64,000 nucleotides of DNA from Geosiphon pyriformis uo1 (GCA_016748015.1 JAAOMT010000468.1:434001-498000), one strand, 5' to 3'; numbered from the stretch's first letter, positions 1-13,117 are shown. Notes: generated from the sequence alone by a model not told the origin. Made by a program: numbers and translations.

Positions 1-2100
1 TGGTCACTGAAGTATCTTTCTCATCTTTAACTGGTTTTATACCAATCAAAGTTTTCTCAAAGAGATACATTTAGGTTAGTTTTAATGTTGTCTCTATTTT
101 TTTCAAGAGCCCAAAAGTTTTTAATAACAGACCAGTTAACAAATTGGTTTTCTCTATCATAGCTTTTATATCTGGTGCTACTAGTACTACTTCTTTAAAC
201 AAAATAGTCAAAAAAATCAAAGTTTCAAAAAAATAAGAACAGTTGTTTGTCTCTGCTATTGTTACACTAAACCTATTTGTGGTTTCAATTGGAATCTTAA
301 ATAAAATTTCTATTGTTTCATTTGACATGTTATTTAAAATAGGTCAAGATTAACTACTGACTGTATTGCCAAATGTGGTGCTTTCCAGTAGATTTTTATT
401 AGTTTTAGAAATAAAACAACTATCTTCTATTAAGTCATTTGTTCTTAGAAACTGGATTGATCAAATGGTAACTAAATCATTTTTTCTGGTTTTTGGTATT
501 GTTGCTAATGGTACTTGGAAAACTATTACTAGTTGTTAAAAATTTACTGGATAAGTGACATCTACTTTAGTATCTAATGATACTTTCAAGATCAAATTGG
601 TTTATGTTAAAGCTGTTTTTTAGTTTGTACATGGTTTTTTGGGTGCAAAGTCAATGTTAAAAGACAATATAAAGCTTTTTTGTATAGAATTTGCCTTTTA
701 AAGTTCTTTGAATACAGTATTTTTAGTTAAATTTACAAGTTTTGTTTGCTTTGTTTCTCTTAAAATTGCCAAGTCTTTGGTGGTTTCTGAGTTTGGCTCT
801 TTTTTTGCTACTGTTGTGCTGTATAATGTATTTTTAGATGTGTTGCTATTAATATTAAGACAGCTCTTAATGTTTTTGGTATAATTACTTATGTTGTGCT
901 AAAGTTTATTAGTATTTGGCAATATATGGTAGTTTATTTTAAGAAGCTAGACTCTGTTGTATTTGTTTTAACTTATTGGTCAGTTTTGGTGGACAGAGAT
1001 AACATTAGAATTCTCTTTTTGATAAATCAAAATAAGACTATTTTGTCTTATAATAAGTTTAAGACCAAGTTGATTAATCTTTTTTTTGGATGTATAGCTT
1101 TTGAAATTAGTGATATGATTTTTTAGGTTGGTAGTTAAACATGTTTATTTTTTATTTTTCTGAATCTGGTTATCGTTTCCAATTTGTTTTGGTTATATTT
1201 GGTTTTCAGATTGACTTGGATGCTATAGTACTCAAGATTAGTATACTGAAAATATGTTGTATCTAATGAAAAACTCCTAAAAATTGGTGCTGTTTTCAGT
1301 GTTAAGATTTAGATTATCTGGCTTTGGATTATAAGATGTTTTTATCTCTCCTTCTTAAAACTTCCAAGGTGTTTACTTCTCATGTTATTAATAACAGGTT
1401 TTATGTTAAAGCTGCTGCTTCTGTGTTTTTATTGATTTCTAGTACTTTAGTTAATTCAGCTTTTTCTGCTAATATAATATCTGATAATTTTATGGTCTCT
1501 TTTTGGTTGATTTTTTTAGAATTAAAATTGGCCAAACTTTTTGTTTTAGTCAATTCTATTGTTAAGTCTGTTGGTTTTATGGTAAAAGTATTTAAACATT
1601 TATTAATGAAGACTTGGTTTTAAGTAGTGCTCTTGGTCTTAGGATTAATGAAGTTTTGATACATATAAGTTTCTTCAGCAAAGCTGTTGGTAAGCTAGAA
1701 CATAAAGTGATTGCTTTAAAAACTGAGTGTAACTATAAAGACATTGATATGTTTGGTTCTTATGTAAATTTGTTTTTTATTAATAATGATATATTTTCTA
1801 ATTTGATGTTATTTTGGAAACATAAATCTGTTGTTGTTAAGACTAATGCTTTTAAAATGACAGAGTAGTTGGTTGGTTTAGTTAATAATAGTGCTACATT
1901 GTTTAAAATTGTTCAAAAAATGTTTTTTTTGAGTAAGTTTTCTTCTGGAATATCAATATAATATAGCCTGAACTGGCTTAAGTAGCTAATTACATGTAGA
2001 AAATGTGTAAACTATATTTAGCACTGGAATACTTAGTTTGTTCTTAATTTCTAAATAATAATTGGGCTTTGTTTATTAAATTTAATAATAATAATAAAAA
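1..2100 (+). mobile_element. Half-LINE (ORF1-only non-autonomous retroelement) copy 1, decayed, 5' end outside window
   Basis: Fragmented ORF1-like frame (IWQYMVVYFKKLDS..WSVLVDRDNIRI; decayed C-x2-C knuckle near 1290) colinear with 9648-11737. The frame stops near 1960 and is followed directly by the LINE 3' tail motif and an A-rich end. No APE or RT sequence. Confidence 0.8.
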
Positions 2101-2575
2101 CTTTAAAAATATATAAAAAACTATTAGATTTTAAAGTTAATTTAATTTAAAAACCAAAAAATAAAATAAATAAAAATTTAAAATTATCAATATTAAAATT
2201 AAAAAATAAAGTTGTTTTGGTTTATTTTTGTTATTTAAAATACTAAATTGTTTAAATATATTTTATTTGGTTAAAAACTTAGATATTATATAAAATATTT
2301 TAAATAAAATTGTTTTAAAATTATATAATTAGGATTTATAAAAAATTTTAAATTAAACCAATTGGTATTTAAGATTTTAAAAGCTTTTAAATCAAATAAT
2401 TTTAATAGTTTAATTATATTATTATATATTTAATAATAATTATATAAAATACTAATTAAAACATATTTTTCTCTTACCTCCACAAATCCCCAAAAAGTGT
2501 ATTTTCTGAAAAAAAAAGTTTTTTGTTTTTTTAGTCTATATCAATATTTCTTTACCTAATAGTAACTCATTTTTC

Positions 2576-4441
2576 ATGGATATGAAAGCTACTGCTAATA
2601 GCACTACACCTAAGAAGAGGACTCCTAAGAGTGCTTTTTAAGGTCCTGCTGATGGCTTCTTTTCTCAGAAGAAAAAGGTTGTTTTTGGTAATGTAAAACA
2701 TTTTGGTGATGAAAAGAATATATCCTTGAGCAAATCTGGATCTAGTGGCAGTGTGTATTCTGATGTGGAGAGTCTTTCTAGTGAGGATGAGAATGTTAGC
2801 ATGTCTGAAACAAATGGTGAGTTTCTTTTGGGTTCAGTGGCTACTATGCCCAAGACAAAGCAAGTCAACACTGGTGCTGGTTTTGGTTTTCCACTTGGCT
2901 CTCCTAATTTTCATATGGATGATGATGAAGTTGTGCTCCCTTCTCACTTGTCTATCTCTTTGAAAAAGAAATGAATTGACCCTAAAATTATCAAGACTCC
3001 TGTGAAAGTGTCAATTAAAAAGTCATTTGCTTTGGATATTAATCTCTTAGCTGTGGAGGGTAAATCGGCAATGGCAAAGACTCAGTTAATTAGAAAAATT
3101 TTCTCAACAATCAATGGTTTTGGAGGGACCACTACCCTTTCAAAATTTGAGGAGATCATCAGATCAACGTTTACATTAGAAAAAAGCATGGAAATGACTG
3201 TGTTATTGGCCAGAGAAAATAAGATTGTTATAAACACCAATCTCAAAAAACAAGAAGTGTGTTTAGATTGGGCTGTGGTGATCAAAGAAATTTTCATGAA
3301 TATACCAAAGAAAATAATTGTCACTGCAGCTGCCAAGTTTGAAGAGATTAGGTCAATCAAAATTCAGTTAATTGGCATGTGGCAAAAGGCTGTGGTAGAG
3401 TTTGCCAAATTATGTTAAGCTGATCTACTGGCATCGAAATGGTCATTCCTAATTGGGAAAAATTCAATATATGTTGCCAAAGCTGTGAAAGATTGCAATG
3501 TTTAGACATCAAGAGATTGGTTTAGGGTGCTGTTGTTTACTTTGCCGGTGGAAACAACTGCACATAATCTTGGTACCCTTTTGGAAAAGACTGGAGAAAA
3601 AACTTGCATCATTAATCGTTCATTAGAAACTGGCAATAGGTTTCATTGTGCTGTAGTTGGTTTTGAGTTTAATAAGGAGTTGGAATCTGCTTTTTTCACT
3701 GAGCCTATTTTCAGTGGCATTCATCTTTTTTGGACTAGATTAGATTTGGTTCAGTATGGGAAGTGTAGGTGTTTTGGTCATTCAGTCCTGAAGTGTGATG
3801 TCCATGATGTTCTATCTTTTATATCTTCTGAGTTGTTGAAAAAACTCTCTCTTGGTGCGAATCATCTTTAGCTGACAAAATTGTATGCCAAAAAAAATGT
3901 TCCCATCTCTCGTCTTGCTGCCTTTGGTGGCAAATTATGGGTTTAAGTGGTGTCTAGTGCCTCCTCTTCTGGTGGCTCTTCTTTCAGTTCTGGTTTGTTT
4001 TCTGGTGGCATGCCTCCCATTGTGGGCCTCTCTAGTCATCAGATTGTTGGTTTAAATGATTGTTTGGCAGTATTAGAGTGCTTTTTGGAGATTTTTTCAG
4101 ATCAAGTTTCTGTTATTCTTAAAAAATTGAGTTTCGTTGAACTGGTGCCATTGGCAGCTTCTTCTTGTGTTCCTTCTTTGGCTGTTTTTGTGCCTTCAGC
4201 TTCAGTTGTGGATTCGGATATGATTCTGGATGATGTGTTGGCTTTGGTTGATCCTCCTTTTTCTGGTAGTAGTGAGTCTGCTACTATTCTCAGTTCAAGT
4301 GGTTCAAAAGTCTATACCTCCAAGATAGGTGGTTTGGAATCTAAGATGTCTGTTCTAAAGACTTCATTCGGTTCAATTCTGGTAAGGTTAAATCTTTTGT
4401 GTTCTGGTTTGGATTCGTTTTTGGCCTCTTTGTTCCAATGA
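2576..4441 (+). pseudogene. LINE ORF1 (RRM-like domains, decayed CCHC knuckle, coiled coil), with premature stops
   Basis: In-frame pieces 2726-2974, 3002-3418, 3527-3871, 3947-4441; homologous to 30565-32504 and 57435-58939. Confidence 0.85.
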
Positions 4442-7400
4442 GTGACTTGGTTTAGAAGGTGGCTATGTATAACATTCATGGCATCAACATTCCTACTAAA
4501 CAAAAGGATGTTGTGCACTGGCATTTTGATTCTGGAAATTTGATTTCGATCATCACAGAGACAAAGTTAAGGTCTTCAACTAGGCTGTGGATTGTGAATA
4601 AATTTGACAATGTGCGAATTTTTTCTTCAGGTTTGGATAAAAGATTTCATGATGCTGGAGTGGCTATTATTATGGCTGACTCCTTGGCCTGTCATGTCGC
4701 TAAGATTAAAAAGGTTCCTGGTCATGTCATGATGATACATCTTTTATTCAAGGATAAGCTTTCAGTGTCTGTTGTTGGTTTGTATGCAGGTGCATCTTCT
4801 GGAACTTGTTTTGGTCAGGCTTCTGAAGTAAACTCTGTCATTACTAAGGCTGTTAACTCCAGCTGTTTTGTTATTTTGGGTGAGGATTTCAATGAAAATA
4901 GATCTGGAAGAAATGCAAGTTTCAAGTTCTGTTTGGGATTGGGTTTGGTCAATATGTTTGCTGGCCACTTTTTGGTCAGTAATTCTACATGGAGCAACTT
5001 TAAGGGGGTCAAAAAAACTATTGATTTCATTTTTGTTAATAAGAGTTTGGCTTCTGCCATCACTGGTCATGATATCGGCTTTGTTTCTGACTTTTTTAAC
5101 ACTGATTATTGTGTGGTTTCTGTCTTTGTTGGTTTGGGCAGCCTCTTGGATGGCCATTTGAATAGCTTGTGCAAGCAGACTAACAGGGATCACTGGAAGT
5201 TTCTCATTAAGGCTGCTAATAGGACCAAATGGTCTTGGTTTAGGGACTGCACTTTTGCCAAGCTTTTGGCTGTGTTTGGTAAGTTTTCGGACACTCTGGC
5301 TTGTGCTGATGTGGATGACATGTGGGTACTTTTGGAAAAGGTGTTGGTGGATTCAGCAGATGAGATATTGTCAAAGCATTGGTTCAGTGAGTTTTAGTGT
5401 TTCAGAAACAAATTCTTTTCTAAGTTTTTCAGGTTAGAACTGTTAGTTGTTAAAGTTGTTAAAAGGCTGGGATTGGGCGATTTGCGAAGAGTCAATTAGT
5501 TTATTAATGTCTGGGCCAAACTGGATGGTAGTAAGGCTGCCGTGATTGCTAATATGATCCAGGTTGGTGACAAGTCTTCAGATGTCTTAAAGCAATTGTC
5601 ATTATTTTGGAAGGAATACAGGAAATCCAAGATGTACGAGTCAAAGTTGGTTGAGAAAGCTTCTGTTCAGAAGGCCATTAAATACTGCATGGAAAAATTT
5701 TGTTCTAATAAGGGTGTGATGATTAGAAGTGTGATGGATCAGCCTTTTTGCAAGGTAGTTCTCAATCATTTGGTTGTTAATAATAAATTGGTGTTGAAGC
5801 TGGATATGGTGAAACTTGGTGTTAATAAGATCATGGAAGGCTGGATTAGGAAGAGAATGGTGCTTTCAGTTGTGCCTGACATCTGGGCTTGTCAGTATGC
5901 TCCATTAGATTATGTAAGGGATAATGCTTTTTTGGATGTGATGTGCTTGATCAATATGAATGAGTTGCTTTTGGTGGTTAACAATTTACCTGATGGCAAG
6001 GCTGCTGGTCTGTCTGGTATTCTTAATGAGTTGTGGAAGCACTGTAGTGACATGGTGTTGAAGTGTCTTTTGGGTTTGCTGAATTCATGTTTGACCATGA
6101 AGGATATGCCTGTTTTGTGGAAAAAGGCTTGGGTTTCCATGATCCCTAAACCTTATAACTGGGATGGGATTCTCACAAAAACTTGACTCATTGCTCTTAT
6201 CAAGATGGCTAGGAAGATTCTCTCCAAAATTTTGTCAGATCGTATTTTTGTGGCATGCAGCAAGTTTGGTGTTCTTCAAGATGATAATTTCTTGGTGCTT
6301 AAGGGTACTTCTATGCAATCTCTGGTGTTTGCAATTGGGTCTGTGATCAAAGATGCCCTTGAAAAGAATAGGGAAATTTGGTTGGTTTTGCAAAATATGT
6401 GCAAAGCATATGACTCGGTTGAATGGCACCACTTGAGAACAAGCTTGCGGCATATTAAAATGTGTGAGAGATTTGTGTCATTTTTTGGTAACATCCATGA
6501 AAATAGAATTAACAGGATAATGATGGACTTTGGGCTTTCAAATAGTTATATGGTATGTGATGAGTTGGATCAAAGTGAAGTCTTCTCACCCTTCTTGTGA
6601 AGAATTTTTTATGACCCACTTCTGTGTGAGGTTAAAAGACATGAACAGTTTTTTGGATACTGAATAGATTCCAGGTTTGTTTCGAAATTAGGCTGTATTG
6701 AGAGTGGCAGTGAGTTCTTTTCTTATTTTGCAGCTGGTGCTTTTGTTAATGATACAATATGAATTGGAAACTGTCAAACTGCTACTCAGAATATTTTGGA
6801 CATTGCAAGTGGGTTTTTTGCTCTTAATGATATTTCTATCAACAATGAAAAAACTGTGGCCATTCCAATCAATCAGGGTGTTAGGGTTGCTTCTTTGCAT
6901 ATTAATGGTCTTCCTATCTCAATTGCTAAAAAGGATGAGGCTCATCATTATTTGGGGATCTTTCTATCTATTAACAGACTTTTAAAGCCAAGTCTGGCCA
7001 AGACACATTCTGATGTTTATTTTTTTACTAATATGGTTCTTAAGTCCAAAGCTGGTTTGTCTCGTGATTTCTCCACTAAGGCTTTGTGTCATTTCTTTTT
7101 GTACAGCCTTAAATCTTTTGAGCAGGTGCAGTCCAAAGGAAAGTTGGCTGTCTTGATCTCATTTTCCAATTCTTTTGGTGTTCTTAAATGTTTGTTTAAG
7201 CATAGGTTTCTTAATTTACAGGTTCTGGGGTGGTTTTCTTTGAACTCTTTACAGTTTCCTGTTAAATTGTGTGTTAGTTCTGTAAATAATTTTCTGGCTG
7301 GTGTGGTTAGGATTTTTCTGTGTAATAAGCTGTCTCTGGCCAATAATTTGCCCAATGTGTTCCATAGTCCTGGTCGCTTTCCTGTGTCTTCCATTCTGAA

Positions 7401-8991
7401 AGGTTCTCTATTCTTCGATTCTGTTTGTTCATTGAAGTGGTTTGGTGTAGCTTTTAGTGATAGACTGTTTGACAAAAAAGGGCGTGTTATGAGTTGGGAG
7501 ACTTTTTGGCACTGAAAAAGGCTGGATCTAAGGAGTCCTGCTCCTCACTGGTTTAAGGTGGTGTCTGAGTTTCTTTGTGGTAAGGGCGCTTCTTTGGCCA
7601 TCTCTGTGGAGTCTACTTATCCTTCTAGTTTGAGCATTTTGAATACCAAGGAGTTTTCTGTTGTTCAAAATGGGTTGCATGAGATTTGGTCTGGTTCTTT
7701 TGAGGTTTTCATGGATGGTTCAGTTAGGAATTATGGTTGTGCTGATGTAGCCAGTAGGGCAGCTGCTTATTTTTCTGCTATTGATTTGAGTGTTGGCATT
7801 AGGATTCTTGGGCTGTTGTCTTTTACTATGGCTGAACTGCAAGTCATTGCTTTGGCTTTGGAGTGCATTCTTTCTTCTTGTTCTGTTGTATTGTATTTTG
7901 ATAGTCAAATGGCCATTAATGCATGTGTTTCTGAAATGTCATTATCTGTGCCTGATTTCCACTTCTTGTGTTAGTTGGAGAGGTGCCGGATTTTTAATTT
8001 AGTTCATGACAAGAATTTTTCTGTTCATTGGGTCAAGATTAAGGGACATTTTGGGGTTCATGGCAATGTTAGGGTGGATGCTGCTGCTGGGGATGCTGCT
8101 TTCTCTTGATTTTCTTTGTCTGTTGATATCAGTGAGCATTTTTTGGTTGCTGAGAACACACCTGTGTCTGGCAACACTTATTATTTTGTTTGGGATTTGT
8201 TTAGATTCATTTGTTGTGCTCGGTGGGAAACAGGCTCTAGTTGAGACATGATTCCTATTATGTTGACTGAAACTGTTGATTGGGAAGCTACCATTAGGGT
8301 GTGGCATCCTAATTCGCATATGCTTGCTGGTTTTACTAGTCGGAAGTCTTCCTGTCTTTGCACCTATTTAATAAAGGCTGTGCACCATTGGATGCCTGTG
8401 GTGGTGAGAAAATGGCTGTATGATAAATATTACCCTGGTGTGCTGTGTTTGCTGTGTCGTGAGGTGGAGTTGTCAGATCATGTTTTCACATGCTCCCATA
8501 ATGCGGAGATTCGAAGGGAGATTTTGGCTGCTGCTTCTACTGACTGGGTGTCTTTTGCTGGATCTTGTAGCTTGTTGTCTTCTGCTGTTTTGCAATCTCT
8601 TGATCAGTATTTTTTGGATGTTGGCTTGTATTCTGCCTTATGTAAGAGATTTGTACTAAGGAATTGGTGTGTGGAGGCCATAGAAGTTCTCAAAAGTAAA
8701 AAGGAGGCTGTTAGTATTGTAGTTGGTTTTGTTGGGCATTTTGTTGAATTGCATTGCTCAAAAACCTGATTGGTAAGGTCTGTGTACAGGGTGAAAATGG
8801 AGGTGGTGGGTTTGGTTGGTGATGACACATTGATTTTTGGTTTGTCTCGTTGCATGAACTCTTTGTTGTCTGGCAAGGTGGTAAGGATGCTTGGTATTAT
8901 TAGCTCTTTTGCTGTTAGTTTTGGCTGTCATAGGTCTTGTCTCCTTTTCTCTAGTTTAAATGGTAGTCTGTGTGTTCTTTTAGGTATGTAA
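4438..8991 (+). pseudogene. LINE ORF2: AP endonuclease, reverse transcriptase, RNase H, C-terminal Zn finger
   Basis: APE motifs TETK, GEDFN, IDFIF; RT motifs GKAAG, IPK, KAYDSV, AFVND; RNase H motifs MDGS, AELQ, DSQ; CLLCREVELSDHVFTC. Many stops, and a short internal deletion near 7040 relative to the other copies. Confidence 0.92.
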
Positions 8992-9115
8992 TGTTGCCTT
9001 GTCTGGCCTGAGTGACTAGCCACATGTAGAAAGTGTGTGAACTGTATTTAGTTTAAGCCTCTTAGTTTGGCTTTATGTACTAGATAGCAGTTGGACTTTA
9101 TTTGTTAATTGCAAT
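8992..9115 (+). ncRNA. Conserved structured 3' UTR element of LINE
   Basis: Homologous to seven other tails in the window; stems AACTGT-ATTTAG/CTAGAT-A-GCAGTT and AAGCC/GGCTT. Confidence 0.7.
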
Positions 9116-9627
9116 AAAAAAAAAATTATATAAAACACAATATTAAAAAATTTAAATTTAAATTTGGTTTTACAAAAATTAATTATTATTAAAAAACAAT
9201 ATAATCTGTTTAAAATACAAAAAATTAAAGTTATTAAATATTAATAAGCATATAAACAATTTTTTAATTAATAAAAATTACATAATCTAAAATAATTTAA
9301 AATAATTGTTTAAGAAAATTGTTTTAAATTATTTAATTTCTAATAAAAAATTAATATTAAAACTTAATTTAATCAAATTTAAATAAGTATTATTATAAAA
9401 ACTTATAAATATTTACAAATTTATAAATATTTACAAACTTAAAAAAAAATAAAAACATAATTTATAATTAAGTAATTAAAATTTTAATACTTAAAACAAT
9501 ATTAATAATTAGAATTTTTTTATTAAATATAATATTTTTTAAAAAAATTAAGTTTAATAATAATAATATTTAAGTTTTTTTAAAATCAAAAATAATAATA
9601 TTATATTATAATTACATAATATAATAA

Positions 9628-11869
9628 CTTTTTGTCTCCTTAATTTTATGACTATGACCAGAACAAAGAGTAAAAAAGCTGCACCTGATATTTTTCCTAA
9701 GATATCTAATAAAATTTCAATTAGAGAAGCTTTTTCTGTTGTAGAAACAGAATGTTTTAGAAATATTTTTTTTATTTAGTAATCATAAAAAGCTGCCTTT
9801 GATAGCTACTAAAGCAACTTCTTCATCTTTGGCTGGTTTTTCATCAGTCAAAGTTCCTTCAAAGAGACACACTTGGGTTAGTTCTAGTGTTGTCTCTATT
9901 CTTATTAAGAGCCCAAAAGTGTTTAATAATAAACCAGTTAACAAGCTAGTATTTCCCTCTATAGCTTTAACATCTGGTGCTTTTAGCACTTCTTCTTCAA
10001 AGAAAATAGTCAAAAAGACCAAAAGTTCAGAAAAGTGGGAGCAGTTACTTGCCTTTGCTATTGTTACACTGAACTTCTTTATGGTTTCAAATAAAATCTC
10101 AAATAAGATCTCTGTTATATTATCTGGCATATCATTTAAGATGGACCAAAATTAACCATTGACTGTATTGTCAAATGTGGTGTTTTCTGGCAGATTATTA
10201 CTGGTTTTAAAAACAAAACAATCATTTTCTATAGTGTTATCTGTTTTTGAGAACTGGACTAACCAAATAGAATCTAAAGCATTTTTTTCCCTGATTTTTG
10301 GTACTGTTGTTGGTCGTGCTTGGGAAACTATTTCTAATCATCAAAAGTTTGCTGGGTGGGTGGCCTCTACTTTGGTGTCTAGTGCTACTTTTAAAATCAA
10401 ATTGGCTCATGTTAAGACTGTTTTTCAGTCTGTGCATGGTTTTGGGTGTGAAGTCAGTTGCAAAAGACAGTGTGAAGCTCTTTTACATGGAGTTTGTTTC
10501 TCAAAGTTCTCTGAATACTGTATTTTTGATTGAGTTCACAAGCTTTGTTTATCTTGCCACTCTCAAAATTGTCAAGTCTCTGGTGGTTTCTAAGTCTGGT
10601 TTCTCTTCTGCTGCTGTTGTACTGTGTGATGTGCCTTTGGATGTGTTTGCTACTAACATTAAAACAGCTCTCAATGTGTTTGGCAATATTATTTGTGTTG
10701 TGTTAAAGCCTGTTGGCATTTGGCAATATGTGGTTATTCATTTTGAGAAATTGGACTCTGCTGTGTCTGCTTTAAGTTATTGGTCAGTTTTGGTGAACAA
10801 AAATAGTGTTAGAATCTTCTCCTTGGTGAATCAGAATGAGATTATTCTGTTTCATGATAGGTTTAAGGCCAAGTTGGTCAATCTTCCCTCTGGCTGCACA
10901 GCTTTTAAAATTAGTGATATGTTTCATTTTTTATTTTTCTAAATTTGGTCATCATTTTTGGTTTGCTTTGGTTATATTTGGTTCTCAGGTTGATTTGAAT
11001 TCTACAGTTGTCAAGACTGATACCCTAAAAAAATGCTGTATTTGGTGGGAAATTTCTAGTTGTCAGCATTGCTTTAGGTGTTAAAAAGTAAGCCATTTGG
11101 CTGTGGACTGTAAAGTATCTCCACTTCTCTCTTTTAAGACTCTCAAGATATTTAAATCTCATTTTGTGAGTGGTGTTTCTTATGCAAAGACTTCTACTTC
11201 CCTAAATTCTTCTGAGTTTTTTTCCTTGGTAATTCTTATTTCTTCTTCCATAGTTGTTGGTAATCTTTTGGTATTCTCTTGGTTAACTTCTTTAGAGTTT
11301 AATTTGGTCAAGCTTTCTGTTTTGGTTGAGTTTATTGTCAAACCAATTGGCTTTTTGGTCAAATTATTTGAACAATTTATTAATGAGGATTTGGTTTCAA
11401 GCAGTAAACTTGGTCTTAAAGTCAATAAAATTTTGGTGCATATGGATTTCTTTAGTAAAATTGTTGGTAAGTTAGGGAAAGAGGTGGTTTTTTTAAAGAA
11501 AAGTGCTATATGGGGGATGTTAATATGCCTGGTGATTTAAAATACCCAGTTGGTCTGAATGATAAGGTGTTTTCTAACTTGATGTCTCTTTGGAAACATA
11601 AATTTGCTGTTGTAAAGACTAATGTCTTTAAAACAGCTGAGTAGCTAGTTAGATTAGTTAGTAATAGTGCTATATTGTTTGAAATTGTTCAAAGGATGTC
11701 TTCTTTGAGTAAGTTTTCTTTAAAGATTTCAGCATAGCATGTTTTTGATAAGTCTAAGTGACTAGTTATATGTAGAAAGTACATAATTAGCACCTAGTTT
11801 AGATCACTTAGTTTGATGTATTGTACTAGATGGCTTTTGGACTGTACTTGTTAAGCAAAAAAAAAAAAA
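9628..11869 (+). mobile_element. Half-LINE (ORF1-only) copy 2, near full length
   Basis: Single decayed ORF from ATG 9648 (MTMTRTKSKKAAPD) to TAG 11737 with RRM-like segments and CQHCFRC*KVSHLAVDC knuckle. The LINE 3' tail and poly(A) follow immediately. Confidence 0.85.
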
Positions 11870-12292
11870 TTTATTAGATAAAATTAGTAAAACAAAAAAT
11901 AAAACAAATATAATTATTATTTTAAAAACCAAATTGTTAATTTTAAAGATTATATAACCAAAAAAATCAATTAACTTAATTTTAATATATATTGCAAAAA
12001 ATAATAATCTTTTGATCAAAATTTAAATTTTGTTTTTATTTATTAAAATTAATTAACAAGTTAAAGTAATTATAATAGTATTAAAAATCTTAAAATAAAC
12101 AATAATATATTGTTAAATATTAACAAACTTTAATATAATTTAAAAGCCATGTTAATATTAACAGCAAATATATTTTAAGTATTTTATATAAAACAATAAC
12201 AATAAAAAAACTCAAAAATTACTATAAATTTAACAATTTTTTTTTATTAAAGTTTAATAAGTGAAGCCCAAAAACTATCTAGAACAATACAT

Positions 12293-13117
12293 TGTTACTC
12301 ATGGAAATATAGAAAATATATTAGCATGATTAGTAGCCAATTAGAAGTAGGCATAATAAATGTGGAATTCCAGGATTCTTCTCAGGAATTGCAGGAATTT
12401 CAGAATTCCTCAATAAGAAATCGCAGGGTTCCAGAATTCTAGGATTCCTCTCAAAGGAATCGCAGAATTCCAGAAATTCCAGAATTCTTGTCATAAAGAA
12501 TCAAGGAATTGAAGAATCTCAATTATGTATATATAACAGCAGGATTAGAAGCTGAAAAGACAGACCTCTCAGTTTAGATTTAATTTAAGCAATTTTCCAG
12601 TTCCCAATTATCAAATAAATAATTGTTCTATATCTCAATCCACTCTCCACTATCAACACTTCATGTTGATAGTAATTGATACTTAACCACACTGGAACAA
12701 TAGCTCTTAATTATGGCTATTGACAGGATACTAACTTGCAATTGCTTTTATTTATTTCTTTATCTTTTTTGATTTTTCTTTTATTTTTTTTGTTATTTCT
12801 TTGGTTTTACTAAATTGATTAAGGATTAAATGCTGAGATACAGACATTATAGGAACTGGTAAAAGACTTGTAAAACAAGGGTAGAACACTTATAGACTTG
12901 AGAATAGCTTACCAGGAAGATTACCAGCCACTGTGCTGAAAAAAAAATTTGACAGAATTGCGATTCCGGAAGGCTACTGAAAACAACTATCAAATCTCTG
13001 TCCATTATACAAAAAACTCCACAATAAAACCTTCAGATATCAACTCCAGAATACCAACCAAGCACCAAGTTACAAATTTGTTATTTGACTTGAAATCCCA
13101 AATAATTATCTGTAACA
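12293..13117 (+). mobile_element. Solo LTR (LTR-A), mosaic of C-type 5' part and B-type 3' part
   Basis: TGTTAC...GTAACA termini; GAATTCCAG repeats as in LTR-C; 3' half matches LTR-B; no internal region follows. Confidence 0.9.

Larger units (their letters stand above)
2450..9125 (+). mobile_element. Full-length LINE (ORF1 + APE-RT-RNaseH ORF2), inactivated
   Basis: ORF1 and ORF2 fragments, conserved 3' tail and poly(A). Candidate TSD AATTATATAAAA at 2438-2449 and 9124-9135. Confidence 0.93.

Noticed and set aside
4312-8876. Numerous antisense ORFs in LINEs (also within 52714-58124 on +)
   Set aside because: Short, not conserved between copies, and expected from the strand composition skew.
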